From Salinigranum sp. (lineage in GTDB: Archaea > Halobacteriota > Halobacteria > Halobacteriales > Haloferacaceae): DNA of 53,491 nucleotides. The notes beneath the pieces were generated by a model, which made no database searches, was not told where the DNA came from, and saw only the letters and a list, made by a program, of their open reading frames with translations. Position numbers and translations under genes: made by a program. The DNA lies in assembly GCA_041641615.1 (NCBI GenBank), contig JBEPYA010000001.1, positions 1 to 53,491 on the forward strand, read 5' to 3'. Shown here piece by piece: positions 7,908-17,693 of the stretch (position 1 is the first letter of the stretch; each line of letters starts with the position of its first letter).

Positions 7908-8745
7908 GATTCGTTCCTCAATCTCGTTTGAACAGAGGAATAGACATTCATATAATATTGATTGTTTTTCCGGGTTCTCCTTTACTATGAGGTTATTTGG
8001 CGGCTGGTGACCGTGCTTGAGCTCTCGAACGCCCCCAAACGCTCGACTCGGGGGGCTCGCTGTCGTTCGAAAGAGCGCATAGTGCTCTTTCGTGATGACG
8101 AGAGAGTGACGCTCTCTCGAACCACGGTCCTCGGCGCTCCCTCCGGTCACGCCTGCGGTCCTTATGTCGCCCGCCATCGCCGAACGACTCGCTCCGCTCG
8201 CGGAGACGCCGAGCGCCCGGACCCGTTCAGTCCCTCGCCAGTTCGTGTAGGTTGCCATTGGTCACCCGGCTGACCGGGTGTACGCTCATCGGTAGGGTGT
8301 CAACCGTCGCTTCTCTCCTCGACCAGTGTGACGACCACGCTCGCCGCGCTCGCCTCCCTGAGACGGGCACTCCCGATGTGGTCGTTCTACTCGCACGTCG
8401 CAGCTCACGGCGTGCCGTTCGCTTCGAGATTCTCGCGATGCTCGAATCTCGCTTTCGCTCACACCCTCCCGGTGCGCCAGCGGGTGAGGAGGTCGGTGCT
8501 TTCGCTCGCGTGGCGTGCTCAGCACGCGACAAGCCTCACTCCGCTGGCCACTCAGGTCCCCGCCTGCGGCGCGCGCGGCTGGTTGTTTCACTCTCGATGT
8601 GGCGTCTCGCTCGCGCCCCACCGGGGGCACTCGAAGGCGCGAACGAGACGCAGTCGGTGTCGAGTGGTCGTGTAGAGTTGGAACTCATGTAGAGGTGAGT
8701 GTCGGCGAAGACGCGGTAGAGGACGCGCCTTCGCGTCAAAACCCA

Positions 8746-9795
8746 ATGAGTAGTAGCTACGCTATCGGTCAAGAAGCTTCGGACGGACAGGCACAAGAAC
8801 AGAACGCGGAACGGCGGACGGGGCGGTGTAGCGAGTGCGACGGGCGGTTGATTCGTGAGGGTGTCGAGACGGTCTGCGAAGCGTGTGGACTCGTCGTCGA
8901 CGAGGACGCCCTTGCGCGGGAGATGACCCCGAGCCTCCACAAACAAGGGGATGTCGGAGACGGACCGGTGGAGTGGAACCTCGAGCGAACGACCCAACTA
9001 CGGGTCGACCGTGGTCTGCACACGACGTTCTTCCTCGGCTCAGACGGATACGGAAATTCGTTGACGAAAGCGCAGAAGGACGTTTACGGAAGATTGCGGA
9101 TGCGACACAAGCGGTTCCAGATGGAGTCGAAGCGTGCTATCAGACTCAACGAAGGCCTCCGTGATATCCAGATGATCGTCGGGAATCTGGGACTCCCAGA
9201 GTTCGTCGCGGCGGATGCGGCGGCGTTATTGAAGCGAGCGGCGGCGGAACGGTTGCCAGGTGGTCGGATGGCGTGGGAGGCGCTCGCGGCCGGAGCGGTG
9301 TACGTCGCGACGAGCCAGGCGGGCCTCCAGAGAACGACCGAAGACGTGGCTGTCCATGCGAAAACATCTCCTGAACGGGTGTGTGCGGCCGCGCGGAAGC
9401 TACGGTGTGAACTCGGACTCGTCGACGAGGTGCCACCGACACAGGCGTGGGCGGTCGACGCGGTCGTGGAGGTCCTCGGGAAGACGCAGGACGTGGGGTT
9501 GGATGTCTGTCTCGAACTGAGACGAGTCGGGGAGTTCCTCCTCGGGGTTGCGGACGAGGCGTGCATCGGTCCGGGAACGTCGCGTGTGACGGTCGCGGCT
9601 GCGGCGGTGTACGCGGCAGACCGGCTGACTGAGGGGAAGGCCGTGACTCAACAGGCGGTGGCAGACGCGGCCACGACAGTCGTGCCGACGTCGAAGCCCG
9701 TGATTGTGAGATACTCGCGAGAGGTGCACGACGCGTACACGGCGCAGTACGGGACCCGTGACGTCGAGGACGTGATGACGGGTCGGCTGGCCTGA
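8746..9795 (+). CDS. tfb: Divergent transcription initiation factor IIB (TFB) paralog
   Basis: CSEC-x13-CEACGLV Zn ribbon, DRGLHT linker and two cyclin repeats (GGRMAWEALAAGAVY, GTSRVTVAAAAVY, VTQQAVADA). ATG 8746 preferred over the ORF-track start. Confidence 0.88.
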   Translation: MSSSYAIGQEASDGQAQEQNAERRTGRCSECDGRLIREGVETVCEACGLVVDEDALAREMTPSLHKQGDVGDGPVEWNLERTTQLRVDRGLHTTFFLGSDGYGNSLTKAQKDVYGRLRMRHKRFQMESKRAIRLNEGLRDIQMIVGNLGLPEFVAADAAALLKRAAAERLPGGRMAWEALAAGAVYVATSQAGLQRTTEDVAVHAKTSPERVCAAARKLRCELGLVDEVPPTQAWAVDAVVEVLGKTQDVGLDVCLELRRVGEFLLGVADEACIGPGTSRVTVAAAAVYAADRLTEGKAVTQQAVADAATTVVPTSKPVIVRYSREVHDAYTAQYGTRDVEDVMTGRLA

Positions 9796-9807
9796 GCAGG
9801 CCGGCTG

Positions 9808-9817
9808 TTCGTTTTTT
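9808..9817 (+). terminator. Oligo-T terminator after tfb
   Basis: TTCGTTTTTT about 15 nt after the stop codon. Confidence 0.5.
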
Positions 9818-10287
9818 ACGTCCACCACCCACGGTCCCACCCCCCTCCCCACCCACCGCTGCCGGCCTCGCTCCTCGCGTCGTTCAGCCGGCAGCCACAA
9901 CCTCTCAGAACCGTTCTCGTGACGGTGGCCAGCCGCTGTTTCAATCACGATCGACCGCTGGAACGCGCACGCGTGTAACTATGGTTTAACCGCCGAGTGA
10001 ACTACAGTGTCGAAATACGGTGTAGCGGCATACGGTTTATTACTGTGTTGCATGCTCCGTCCGAGTTCACCGTCGAATTGACGGACTCATGCAGTCAGTT
10101 AACCCACAATAAGTATCAGATATTTGTTCGAACACCCGAACGGCCGAGAACCGCCGGACTCACGAGTGGGGGCGACCGACGCGAGCGTCGTTCGGCACGA
10201 CGGACCCTCTGTGTCGACACAGCTCGCGTGGAGTCAGCCCATCGGTACACCGTCACTCTCCACGCTCGTCGGTGTGGAAAGGCCAGT

Positions 10288-10349
10288 CGAACTCGGTCTC
10301 GTTACTCGGTTATACCGGCCAGTATGACCAGTCGGTCTGACCGGTCAGT
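10288..10349. repeat. 13-bp-period array 1 (5 units, ACYRGYCRGT-NNN)
   Basis: Units at 10288, 10301, 10314 (ACCGGCCAGT), 10327 (ACCAGTCGGT) and 10340 (ACCGGTCAGT). Confidence 0.6.
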
Positions 10350-12585
10350 CGGCGTCCGGGAGGGGGGCAGTCCCCCGCGCGTCGAGCCACGCGCGGATAT
10401 CCATCCGCGCCTGATCGAGCACGACGAGCACCGGGGGTAACGTCGTGATGGCGGCCACCAGCGTGAGGAAGATCACCCCCACGGTGAGGTAGCCGAAGTC
10501 GGAGATGATGGGGAACGGCGAGAGCGTCAGCGCCGAGAAGCCGAACACGGTCGTCATCCCCGAGATGGTGATGGCCTTGCCGACGCGGGCACCGGCGGTC
10601 TCGATGGCGTCCAGGGGGGCGGCACCGCGGCGCTTCTCCTCGAAGTACCGCTCCATCACGATGACGGTGTACTCGGCACCGATCCCCACCGAGAGCGCGC
10701 CCAGCGACGCCCCGAGCGGGGAGACCGGGATGTCGAACGCGGCCATGTAGATGTTCTGCCAGCCGACGACGAACAGCATCGGGACCAGGGGGGCGAGCGC
10801 CTTCACCAGGTCGCGGTAGTAGACGAGGAGGAGCACGAAGACGGCGAGGACGCCGTAGCCCGTGATCCGGTCGCGCGACTCGATCTGGTCGATGACCGAG
10901 GGGGTGGAGATGACGGCGGTGCCCGTCAGGTCGGCCTCGACGCCGGCGGGAGGCCGGCTGAGTTCGAGCGCGGACTCGATCGAGCGGATGAGCGAGACGG
11001 TCTCCCGCGGGGTGATGTCCGGTTCGGCGATGACGACGATGTGGGCGTAGCCGCCGGTGTAGAACTGCTGGCGGCGCTCGGGCGGGAGGCGGTCGAGCGC
11101 GCGCTGAACGCCGGCCTCGGTGGCTGGAATCTCGCCGCCGTTCGCGCTCGCGACGGCCGTCGCCGGCGACTCGACCGTCACGACCTGGCCGCTGCCGGTA
11201 GCCACGGCTCCGAAGCGTTGCATCCAGCGCAGCGTCTCGGGGTCGCGCAGGTCGGAACCGGAGACGAGAACGTCGTACCGGGCGGCGTCCCCGCCGCCGG
11301 AGACGGCACGGAACTGCTGGAGGTTCACGTAGGCGGGCAGGTCCTGCGGGAAGAACTCCTCGAAGTCGGCGAGCGTGCCGAGGTTCTCGCTGGCGTAGAA
11401 GCCACCGACGGTCAGGAGGCCGGCAATGGCGATGATGAGCGCGGGGTGGGAGGCGAAGAAGCGGGCCCCCCGGCCGAGGAAGCGGGCGACGTCGCTCAGT
11501 TCCCCCTCCTCGTCGTCCGTCCGGCGAGTCGTCGACTCCGCGTCGTACCGCCAGCGGACCCACAGCGTCAGCACCGGCGTGAGCAGGAAGATACCCGTCA
11601 CGAACGACAGCACCACCCCCAGGATCGACGTCTGGGCGAACCACTCGAACGCCGGCACGCCGAGCGTGGCGACCCAGGTGGCCGCGAATCCGAGCGCCGC
11701 CGCGAGCATCGCGACCAGGACAGCGGGCCCGATGCCCGCCAGCGCCGCCGGGAGCGCTTCCGAGGGAGGTGCGCGTTCGAGCTCCTCGCTGTAGCGCTGG
11801 TGGAACTGCACGGAGTAGTCGATACCGAGGCCGATGAGACTGGGAAACACCGCCGACGTCAGGGTGGAGTTCGGGATCCCCAGGTAGCCCATCGCGCCGA
11901 ACGTGTAGATCACGCCGACGAAGACGGCGACGATGGGGAGGAGCCGGAGCCGCACCCCCCGGAAGAGGAAGAAGAGCGCGACGATCATGAGCCCGACCGC
12001 CAGCCCGAGGAGTTGCTGGGTGCTCTGCTGGATGAGCACGGAGAGCTGGGCCGAGAACGCCGGCTGGCCGGTGATAATCACCTCGGTTCCTGCGGGGAAC
12101 GCCGCCCACGACCGGGCGTCGAGCGCGTCCTCGTAGACGGGCCGCTGCTCCTCCTGGGTGAGCCCGGATTCGAGCACTACGGTGACGACCGCCGTCTCGT
12201 CGTCGCCGACGACGCGCTCGATCCGCGGCTCGGAATCGGGGATGCGTCCGTACTCGGCGCGGACCCGGTCAGCCGGCGATAGCACGGTTATCACCTCGTC
12301 GGTGGCCTCCATCCGCCGGTCGAACGTGTCGATGGCGCGCATCGTCTCGGGGTCGGTGACCCCTCCGCGGACGAGGACGGCCATCGTCCCGCGGTCGAAC
12401 GTGTCCTGGAACCGCTCGAGCGTCGGGTTCGACTCGACGAACGCCTCGTTTCCGGTGACGTTCGTGATCTGCGACGCGCCGGCACCGGCGACGACGATGA
12501 GGCCGACGATGACCGCGAGCGTCAGGAGCGGCCGCTTCTGGACCCGCTTACCCACGCTCGCGAAGACGGTGCGGAGGACGCTCAT
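10345..12585 (-). CDS. MMPL/RND (HAE3-type) transporter
   Basis: 746 aa, duplicated architecture, GLGIDYSVQF and GIGAEYTV motifs. Confidence 0.92.
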   Translation of the reverse strand: MSVLRTVFASVGKRVQKRPLLTLAVIVGLIVVAGAGASQITNVTGNEAFVESNPTLERFQDTFDRGTMAVLVRGGVTDPETMRAIDTFDRRMEATDEVITVLSPADRVRAEYGRIPDSEPRIERVVGDDETAVVTVVLESGLTQEEQRPVYEDALDARSWAAFPAGTEVIITGQPAFSAQLSVLIQQSTQQLLGLAVGLMIVALFFLFRGVRLRLLPIVAVFVGVIYTFGAMGYLGIPNSTLTSAVFPSLIGLGIDYSVQFHQRYSEELERAPPSEALPAALAGIGPAVLVAMLAAALGFAATWVATLGVPAFEWFAQTSILGVVLSFVTGIFLLTPVLTLWVRWRYDAESTTRRTDDEEGELSDVARFLGRGARFFASHPALIIAIAGLLTVGGFYASENLGTLADFEEFFPQDLPAYVNLQQFRAVSGGGDAARYDVLVSGSDLRDPETLRWMQRFGAVATGSGQVVTVESPATAVASANGGEIPATEAGVQRALDRLPPERRQQFYTGGYAHIVVIAEPDITPRETVSLIRSIESALELSRPPAGVEADLTGTAVISTPSVIDQIESRDRITGYGVLAVFVLLLVYYRDLVKALAPLVPMLFVVGWQNIYMAAFDIPVSPLGASLGALSVGIGAEYTVIVMERYFEEKRRGAAPLDAIETAGARVGKAITISGMTTVFGFSALTLSPFPIISDFGYLTVGVIFLTLVAAITTLPPVLVVLDQARMDIRAWLDARGTAPLPDAD

Positions 12586-12587
12586 GC

Positions 12588-14228
12588 TCAGTCCCGCTGT
12601 CGCTGCCAGACGAACACGCCGCCCGCGAGGACGAGCACGCCGACACCCGCGCCGACGTAGCTGAGGGGGATGCCGCCCGACGAGGCACCGACGGGGACGC
12701 CGAACTGGAACCCATCGGCGAGTTGAGAGTTACCGCTCGTGTCGTCGTAGCGCACCTCGACGGACGCGGGGTACTCCTTTTCCATCGCGGTGCCCGACGC
12801 GGAGACCGAGAAGTTCGCCGTCCGGGTCTCGCCCGGCTCGAACGCGCCCAGGAACGCGCCGTCGTCGGCCGACGAGAGCGGGTCGTTGACGAAGACCTTG
12901 GCGTTAGCGTTCGAGATGGGCTCGTCGCCGTTGTACCGCACGGTCACCGACAGGGTGCCGTCCCCGCCGGCGGTGAGGTCCGTGTCGACACCGACGACCT
13001 CGAACGTGTCGCGCTCGGATTCGAGCGTCACCCCCCGACGGAGAGGCTCGTCGAGCTGGCGGAGGTCGCCGTCGACGTTCTCGTACTCGACCGCGAAGGA
13101 GAGCGAGAGCGACCCGGGCTCGGCGTCGGCGGGGACGGCGAAGGTGAACGTCGTCTCCGCGGACTCACCGGGTCCGAGGTCGCCGACGGCCGCCTCGGGG
13201 CCGGTCGCCTGCAGCGGGTCCGGCCCCTGGACGCGGACGACGACGTTCCGCGCCGCCACCGCGCCCGTGTTCACGACGGTCGCCCGCACGGTGGCCTCGT
13301 CCTCGTCGACGCGGAACGACTCTGTCGAGACGTTCCGGACGTCGAACGTCCGCTCGGGTTCGACCCGGACGCCGGTCGAGAGCGTCTCCGACCGACCCGG
13401 GAGGCCGTCGGGCGTCTCGTACGCCACGTCGACGGCGACGGGGTAGCTCCCCGGCGACAGGCTCGAGCTCGCGCCGACCTGGACGGCGACCGAGTGGTTC
13501 TCGCCGGGCGCGAGTTCCTCGACGAACACCGACTGCGACCCGCGCGGCTGACCCGGCGCCCCGAAGAAGAGGTCCTCGCTCCCCGTCGAGAGCGTGACGG
13601 TCGCCTGCCGCGCCGTCTCGGTGCCGACGTTCTGGAGGTCGAACCGGAGCGTCCCGGTGTCTCCCGCGACGACCGGGTCGGCGTCACCGGGGACCACCTC
13701 GAACCGTGGTTCGCGCTCGACGACGAGTTCGACCGTCATCGTCGTTCGCCGGAAGGAGTCGGCGTAGCTCACGTCGGTGTATCCCGGTGGGGAACGGCTC
13801 TCGGAGTAGTCTGCGCTCCGGGTGTACGAGTACGTGACCTCGACGGGGATCTCGTACGTGCCGGGTTCGAGCGACTCGCCCGTCTCGAGACGGAACGGCG
13901 CGGTCGCGACCGCGCCGTCGGGGAGGCTCCCGAGCGTGACGGTGCCCGACTTCACCTCGATGGGCGCGTCGATCTGCTCGTCGAGGACCGTGACCGAGAC
14001 GCTGCGGGCCGTCTGGATGCGCTGTTCGAGCGCCGCGGGGCCGCCGCGGTCGAGCGAGCCGTCGTTCGCGACGGAGACGTTCAGCGTGGTTCGTTCGCCG
14101 GGCGCGATGCGGTTGTCCTGGACGGAGAGGCTCAGCTCCGGCTGACCGACGACCTGCTCGGCGGTGACGGGTTGGGCGCCAGCGAGGACCGAGAGGACCA
14201 CGAGGACAGCGAGGAGTCGAGACTTCAT
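12588..14228 (-). CDS. COG1361 S-layer-domain surface protein, MMPL partner
   Basis: Signal peptide MKSRLLAVLVV, repeated Ig-like units (LGSL, EELAPGE, GDLGPGE) and a C-terminal TM followed by RQRD. Confidence 0.88.
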   Translation of the reverse strand: MKSRLLAVLVVLSVLAGAQPVTAEQVVGQPELSLSVQDNRIAPGERTTLNVSVANDGSLDRGGPAALEQRIQTARSVSVTVLDEQIDAPIEVKSGTVTLGSLPDGAVATAPFRLETGESLEPGTYEIPVEVTYSYTRSADYSESRSPPGYTDVSYADSFRRTTMTVELVVEREPRFEVVPGDADPVVAGDTGTLRFDLQNVGTETARQATVTLSTGSEDLFFGAPGQPRGSQSVFVEELAPGENHSVAVQVGASSSLSPGSYPVAVDVAYETPDGLPGRSETLSTGVRVEPERTFDVRNVSTESFRVDEDEATVRATVVNTGAVAARNVVVRVQGPDPLQATGPEAAVGDLGPGESAETTFTFAVPADAEPGSLSLSFAVEYENVDGDLRQLDEPLRRGVTLESERDTFEVVGVDTDLTAGGDGTLSVTVRYNGDEPISNANAKVFVNDPLSSADDGAFLGAFEPGETRTANFSVSASGTAMEKEYPASVEVRYDDTSGNSQLADGFQFGVPVGASSGGIPLSYVGAGVGVLVLAGGVFVWQRQRD

Positions 14229-14430
14229 TGATTCCCGTTCCGGAGCCACCCGTTGTAAAGGCTACCCAAACCCGACACAATGCACGGGCGGTTGTCAGTG
14301 ACCCCCACAAGCGGGCCGCGTCGAGCGAGCGCGGGGCTCGGGGACCGCCGCAGTCGGTTCGGACGGTCGCCGCAGTCGATTCGGACGGTCGCCGCCGAGC
14401 GATCCGGTCACGGAGTGCGGACACCGATGT

Positions 14431-14505
14431 AATGGTGAGTTCGACTAATCAGTGTAACTGGTTAGTATAACTGATCGAGACGACTGAGCAGCGTGACTGC
14501 CCTCG
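14431..14505. repeat. 13-bp-period array 2 (6 units, ACTRRTYAGT-NNN)
   Basis: AATGGTGAGT 14431, ACTAATCAGT 14444, ACTGGTTAGT 14457, ACTGATCGAG 14470, ACTGAGCAGC 14483, ACTGCCCTCG 14496. Confidence 0.75.
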
Positions 14506-14521
14506 GGAGGCCGACGTGCTG

Positions 14522-14725
14522 TCACCCGCTTCGGAGGCGGAGCAGGTCGACGACGGTCAGGACGAACCCGACCATCCAGACGGAGAAGAGCGCGAGGTAC
14601 GCGGCGTAGCTGAGTGTACCGTCGGGGAGGACGAGGCCGACGAGCGCGAGGGCGACCATCACGGCGACGGTCAGCGCGTTTCGTCGCGTGAACACGACGC
14701 GAACGAGGTCGTCGACGGCGCTCAT
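14522..14725 (-). CDS. Small two-TM membrane protein
   Basis: 67 aa, two hydrophobic segments. Confidence 0.65.
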   Translation of the reverse strand: MSAVDDLVRVVFTRRNALTVAVMVALALVGLVLPDGTLSYAAYLALFSVWMVGFVLTVVDLLRLRSG

Positions 14726-14788
14726 GACAGGGGGTTCGGCCTCGGGGTACTTACCGATGTGTGAGCCGTCAGAGCGGTCACAGGGGGC

Positions 14789-15058
14789 TCACGGGCGAGC
14801 CTCGCCGCGGTGGACGGGAGGCTCGGCGCCGGAGACACGTCGCCGGGAGGAGGCGGTGCCAAGGCGCGCGTCGACGACGTAGGTGACGCCGCCGGCGAGG
14901 CCAACTCCGACGGCGCCAAACAGGAGCGTCACGAAGAATGAGCCGAAGCCGACGAGGGTCGGGAGCGACGCCGCGACGGGGACGCAGACCCCGCAGGCGA
15001 CGATGACGGTGTAAATGCGGGCGAGCGTCCGCCACAGGCCACCGTCGAACCCGTCCAT
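14789..15058 (-). CDS. Small two-TM membrane protein
   Basis: ATG 15058 preceded by ATATAT; two hydrophobic segments. Confidence 0.55.
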   Translation of the reverse strand: MDGFDGGLWRTLARIYTVIVACGVCVPVAASLPTLVGFGSFFVTLLFGAVGVGLAGGVTYVVDARLGTASSRRRVSGAEPPVHRGEARP

Positions 15059-15100
15059 ACACAGATATTCACGCAATCGGATATATCTCTTCGGGGATAC

Positions 15101-15580
15101 TCAATCGCGGTAGTCGTACCCCCACCGGCCGAGCAGCGACGCCACCTCGTCGGGGTGACGCATCGCGACGACGTACGCCGCCTCGCGGAGGTCGAGCAGG
15201 TAGACGTCGGTGTCGAGCCGCTCTTCGACCGCGCCGCGGAAGCGCCGCTCGGCGCGGTCAGTCTCGTCGCGGAGGAAGAACTGCGTCACGTTGGGCCGGT
15301 CCTCCTTGACCGACCGCCGTCGCAGGACCCACGGGATGCCGTCGTCTCCCTCCCCCAGACTCGCGAGGTCCGGACCGTCCGCGCCCGACTCTCGGGACGC
15401 GTTCGTCGCTGGCTCCGTCGCGTCCGTCTGGTCCGTCACATCAGCTCCCTCTCCCCCTGCCGGCTTCACGTCGGCCGCCTTCACGTCGGCTGCCTTTTCA
15501 TCCTGTTCCGTCTCCTCGTCCCCATCCCCCTCCTCGTCGACGATATCGTCGAACGGATCGTCGCCGGTTCCGCTCTTCAT
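15101..15580 (-). CDS. ParA-associated protein, candidate centromere-binding adaptor
   Basis: MKSGTGDDPF N-terminus, acidic disordered linker, basic/helical C-domain (IPWVLRRRSVKEDR...DLREAAY...WGYD); ATGA overlap with parA. Confidence 0.75.
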   Translation of the reverse strand: MKSGTGDDPFDDIVDEEGDGDEETEQDEKAADVKAADVKPAGGEGADVTDQTDATEPATNASRESGADGPDLASLGEGDDGIPWVLRRRSVKEDRPNVTQFFLRDETDRAERRFRGAVEERLDTDVYLLDLREAAYVVAMRHPDEVASLLGRWGYDYRD

Positions 15581-16437
15581 GCGGCCACCTCCAGTCCTAC
15601 CTGGCGGGAGAGGTGTGCGGCGAGCGTCTCGAACTGTTCGAGCGTCTCCATCTCGTAGTCTCGCGTGCGCGAGCGGTGTTCCTCGACGAACGTGAAGGCC
15701 GAGCACTGCGTCCGCCAGCAGCCCTCGAACATCGAGGTGCGGTCGCCGATGACGACGGGCACGTCGTAGCCGAGCGCCTCGAGTTTCTCCCGGTAGGCGC
15801 GCTGGTCGGCCGTGTTCTTCACCTCGTTGGGCACCGCCGCGAGGACGCCGATGTTGATTCCCAGCTCCCCTTCCAACCCCTCGACGAGGTCCTCCAGCCC
15901 GGTGATGGACTGCTGGCCCTTCCCGGAGAGTTCGAGCGGGACGACGAGGTTGCGCGTGGCGTACAGCGCGTTGTACAGCTGGGGACCGGTCGTCGCCGGC
16001 GGGTCGACGATGAGCACGTCGTATCGGGAGGGAACGTCGGCCTCCCGCAGCACCCGGAGGAGCTGTTCGTACATCGGATACTCGTAGTCGGGGTCCGGGT
16101 GGGTGTCCTCCTCGAGGTCGGCCGTCTTCAGGAGCAGCTCGGTGAGGCGTTCGAGCATGTTGTGCGAGGGGACCACGCTGACCCCGTGTTCGGTCTCGCG
16201 GACGAGGTCGTCGAACGCGCCGCCGGGACGGCCGATGAGGTGCCGAACGAGGTTGTCGACGCCGCTCTCGCCCCGCCCGTCGTCGACACCGAGGAGGTAC
16301 GAGAGGCTCCCGTCCTGCGGATCCATGTCGATGACCAGGACGTCGTGGCCGGCGCGGGCGTGCGCGACCGCGCAGTTGGCCGAGATGGTGGTCTTCCCCA
16401 CCCCGCCGGCCTCCGAGTACACCGTGTAGGTGAGCAT
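15577..16437 (-). CDS. parA: ParA/Soj-family ATPase
   Basis: Deviant Walker A SEAGGVGKTT, VIDMDPQ and YDVLIVDPP. Confidence 0.92.
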   Translation of the reverse strand: MLTYTVYSEAGGVGKTTISANCAVAHARAGHDVLVIDMDPQDGSLSYLLGVDDGRGESGVDNLVRHLIGRPGGAFDDLVRETEHGVSVVPSHNMLERLTELLLKTADLEEDTHPDPDYEYPMYEQLLRVLREADVPSRYDVLIVDPPATTGPQLYNALYATRNLVVPLELSGKGQQSITGLEDLVEGLEGELGINIGVLAAVPNEVKNTADQRAYREKLEALGYDVPVVIGDRTSMFEGCWRTQCSAFTFVEEHRSRTRDYEMETLEQFETLAAHLSRQVGLEVAA

Positions 16438-16490
16438 GAGTGTGACCCCGGCGGCGACCGACATAAACCTCCGTCAGACGATTCAGTCAC

Positions 16491-16565
16491 ATGTTTCAGC
16501 CATACTGTTCAGTTATACTAGTTAGTATTACTGGTCAGTGATTTTAGTCAGTAACACTGCCTGAT
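16491..16565. repeat. 13-bp-period array 3 (6 units) in the parA promoter region
   Basis: ATGTTTCAGC 16491, ACTGTTCAGT 16504, ACTAGTTAGT 16517, ACTGGTCAGT 16530, TTTAGTCAGT 16543, ACTGCCTGAT 16556. Confidence 0.8.
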
Positions 16566-16644
16566 TGGACGAGCTGACCGGACGGCGCGAAGGCGGGAAC
16601 CGCCCACCACAAAGCGTATCACGGCGGCGAGCGGCGTCGACAGC

Positions 16645-17547
16645 GTGCCCTCCATCGACGGTCGATCCACCGACCAGCCGGGCGAGCGGTCCAGCAGACG
16701 ACGGTTCGCGTCCGCGGCCAGCGGGGGGCTCCTCGCCTTGCTTGCGGGGTGTGCCGGTGGCTCGTTGACGAGCCGCTCTGCCACTCCGACGGCGACACGG
16801 GTACCGACCTCGACACCGATACCGACCCCGACGGCGACCGGGACCCACGGTGACCTCCCCGCGGGACCGCGGTCGTACCCGGACAGACCCGCCGATCTCT
16901 CGCCCGAGACGGTCCGCGAATACGTCCACGATGTCGAACACGCCCGGACGTACAACGTCCTGTACGAGCCCGACATGACCGACAGCTCGCTCGACTGTCG
17001 GACGGTCTACGAGAGGGAATCGGACGGCGGCCACTACGCGCTCGCCTCGTGTACGGGGTACGCGAACTACCCCAACGTTCACGCCGACTGGGGACAGACG
17101 CCCGCGCTGTACTTCGTCTCCGACGATCTGACGGTCCGCGTCGGCGACTACGACTCGCAGCACTTCCACTGTACGGACGTGTTCGCGTCCGAGGATCCGA
17201 GCGAAAACTTCGCCGAAGTCTGCGGCGGCGGCGACGCCGCCTACCGCGTGTACAACGTCCACCCGGAGCCGCACACGGTCAGGGTTCGCGTCGAGTTTCT
17301 CGCCAGCGACGCCGAGACGGTGCTCGAACGGCAGTACACGCTCGCGCCCGCGACGGGCGTCGAACAGGGGAGTGTCACCTACCGAAAGGGAGTCTACCGG
17401 GTGACCGCGAGTCTCGACGACGGACCCGAGGCGACCTATCGATGGGAGCTGGAGACGGCGCAGACCCGCGAGGACTCCCCGGTCACGGTGCTGGTCACCC
17501 CGGCAGCGGAACTCACCATCCGACGCGTCCCGTTCCCCGAACTCTGA
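16645..17547 (+). CDS. Tat-exported lipoprotein
   Basis: SRRRF twin-arginine motif, LAGC lipobox and a T/P-rich linker. Confidence 0.8.
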   Translation: MPSIDGRSTDQPGERSSRRRFASAASGGLLALLAGCAGGSLTSRSATPTATRVPTSTPIPTPTATGTHGDLPAGPRSYPDRPADLSPETVREYVHDVEHARTYNVLYEPDMTDSSLDCRTVYERESDGGHYALASCTGYANYPNVHADWGQTPALYFVSDDLTVRVGDYDSQHFHCTDVFASEDPSENFAEVCGGGDAAYRVYNVHPEPHTVRVRVEFLASDAETVLERQYTLAPATGVEQGSVTYRKGVYRVTASLDDGPEATYRWELETAQTREDSPVTVLVTPAAELTIRRVPFPEL

Positions 17548-17693
17548 GACGCAGGACGGCCGCGACGCGGGGTGAACCAGCGAGCCGCACCAGGAAAGGC
17601 CTGGGTTCGGACGAACGTCCGGGTCGAGAATATAATGATTTACTCCCGGTGTAGTAAAGTTTTATTCCGGTCGGTCGTGTACGGGGGAGTACG

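Noticed and set aside
7908-8258. N-terminal extension of the 341-aa ORF
   Set aside because: Non-acidic and overlaps an AT-rich promoter-like patch and hairpins; GTG 7907 is preferred, though unproven.
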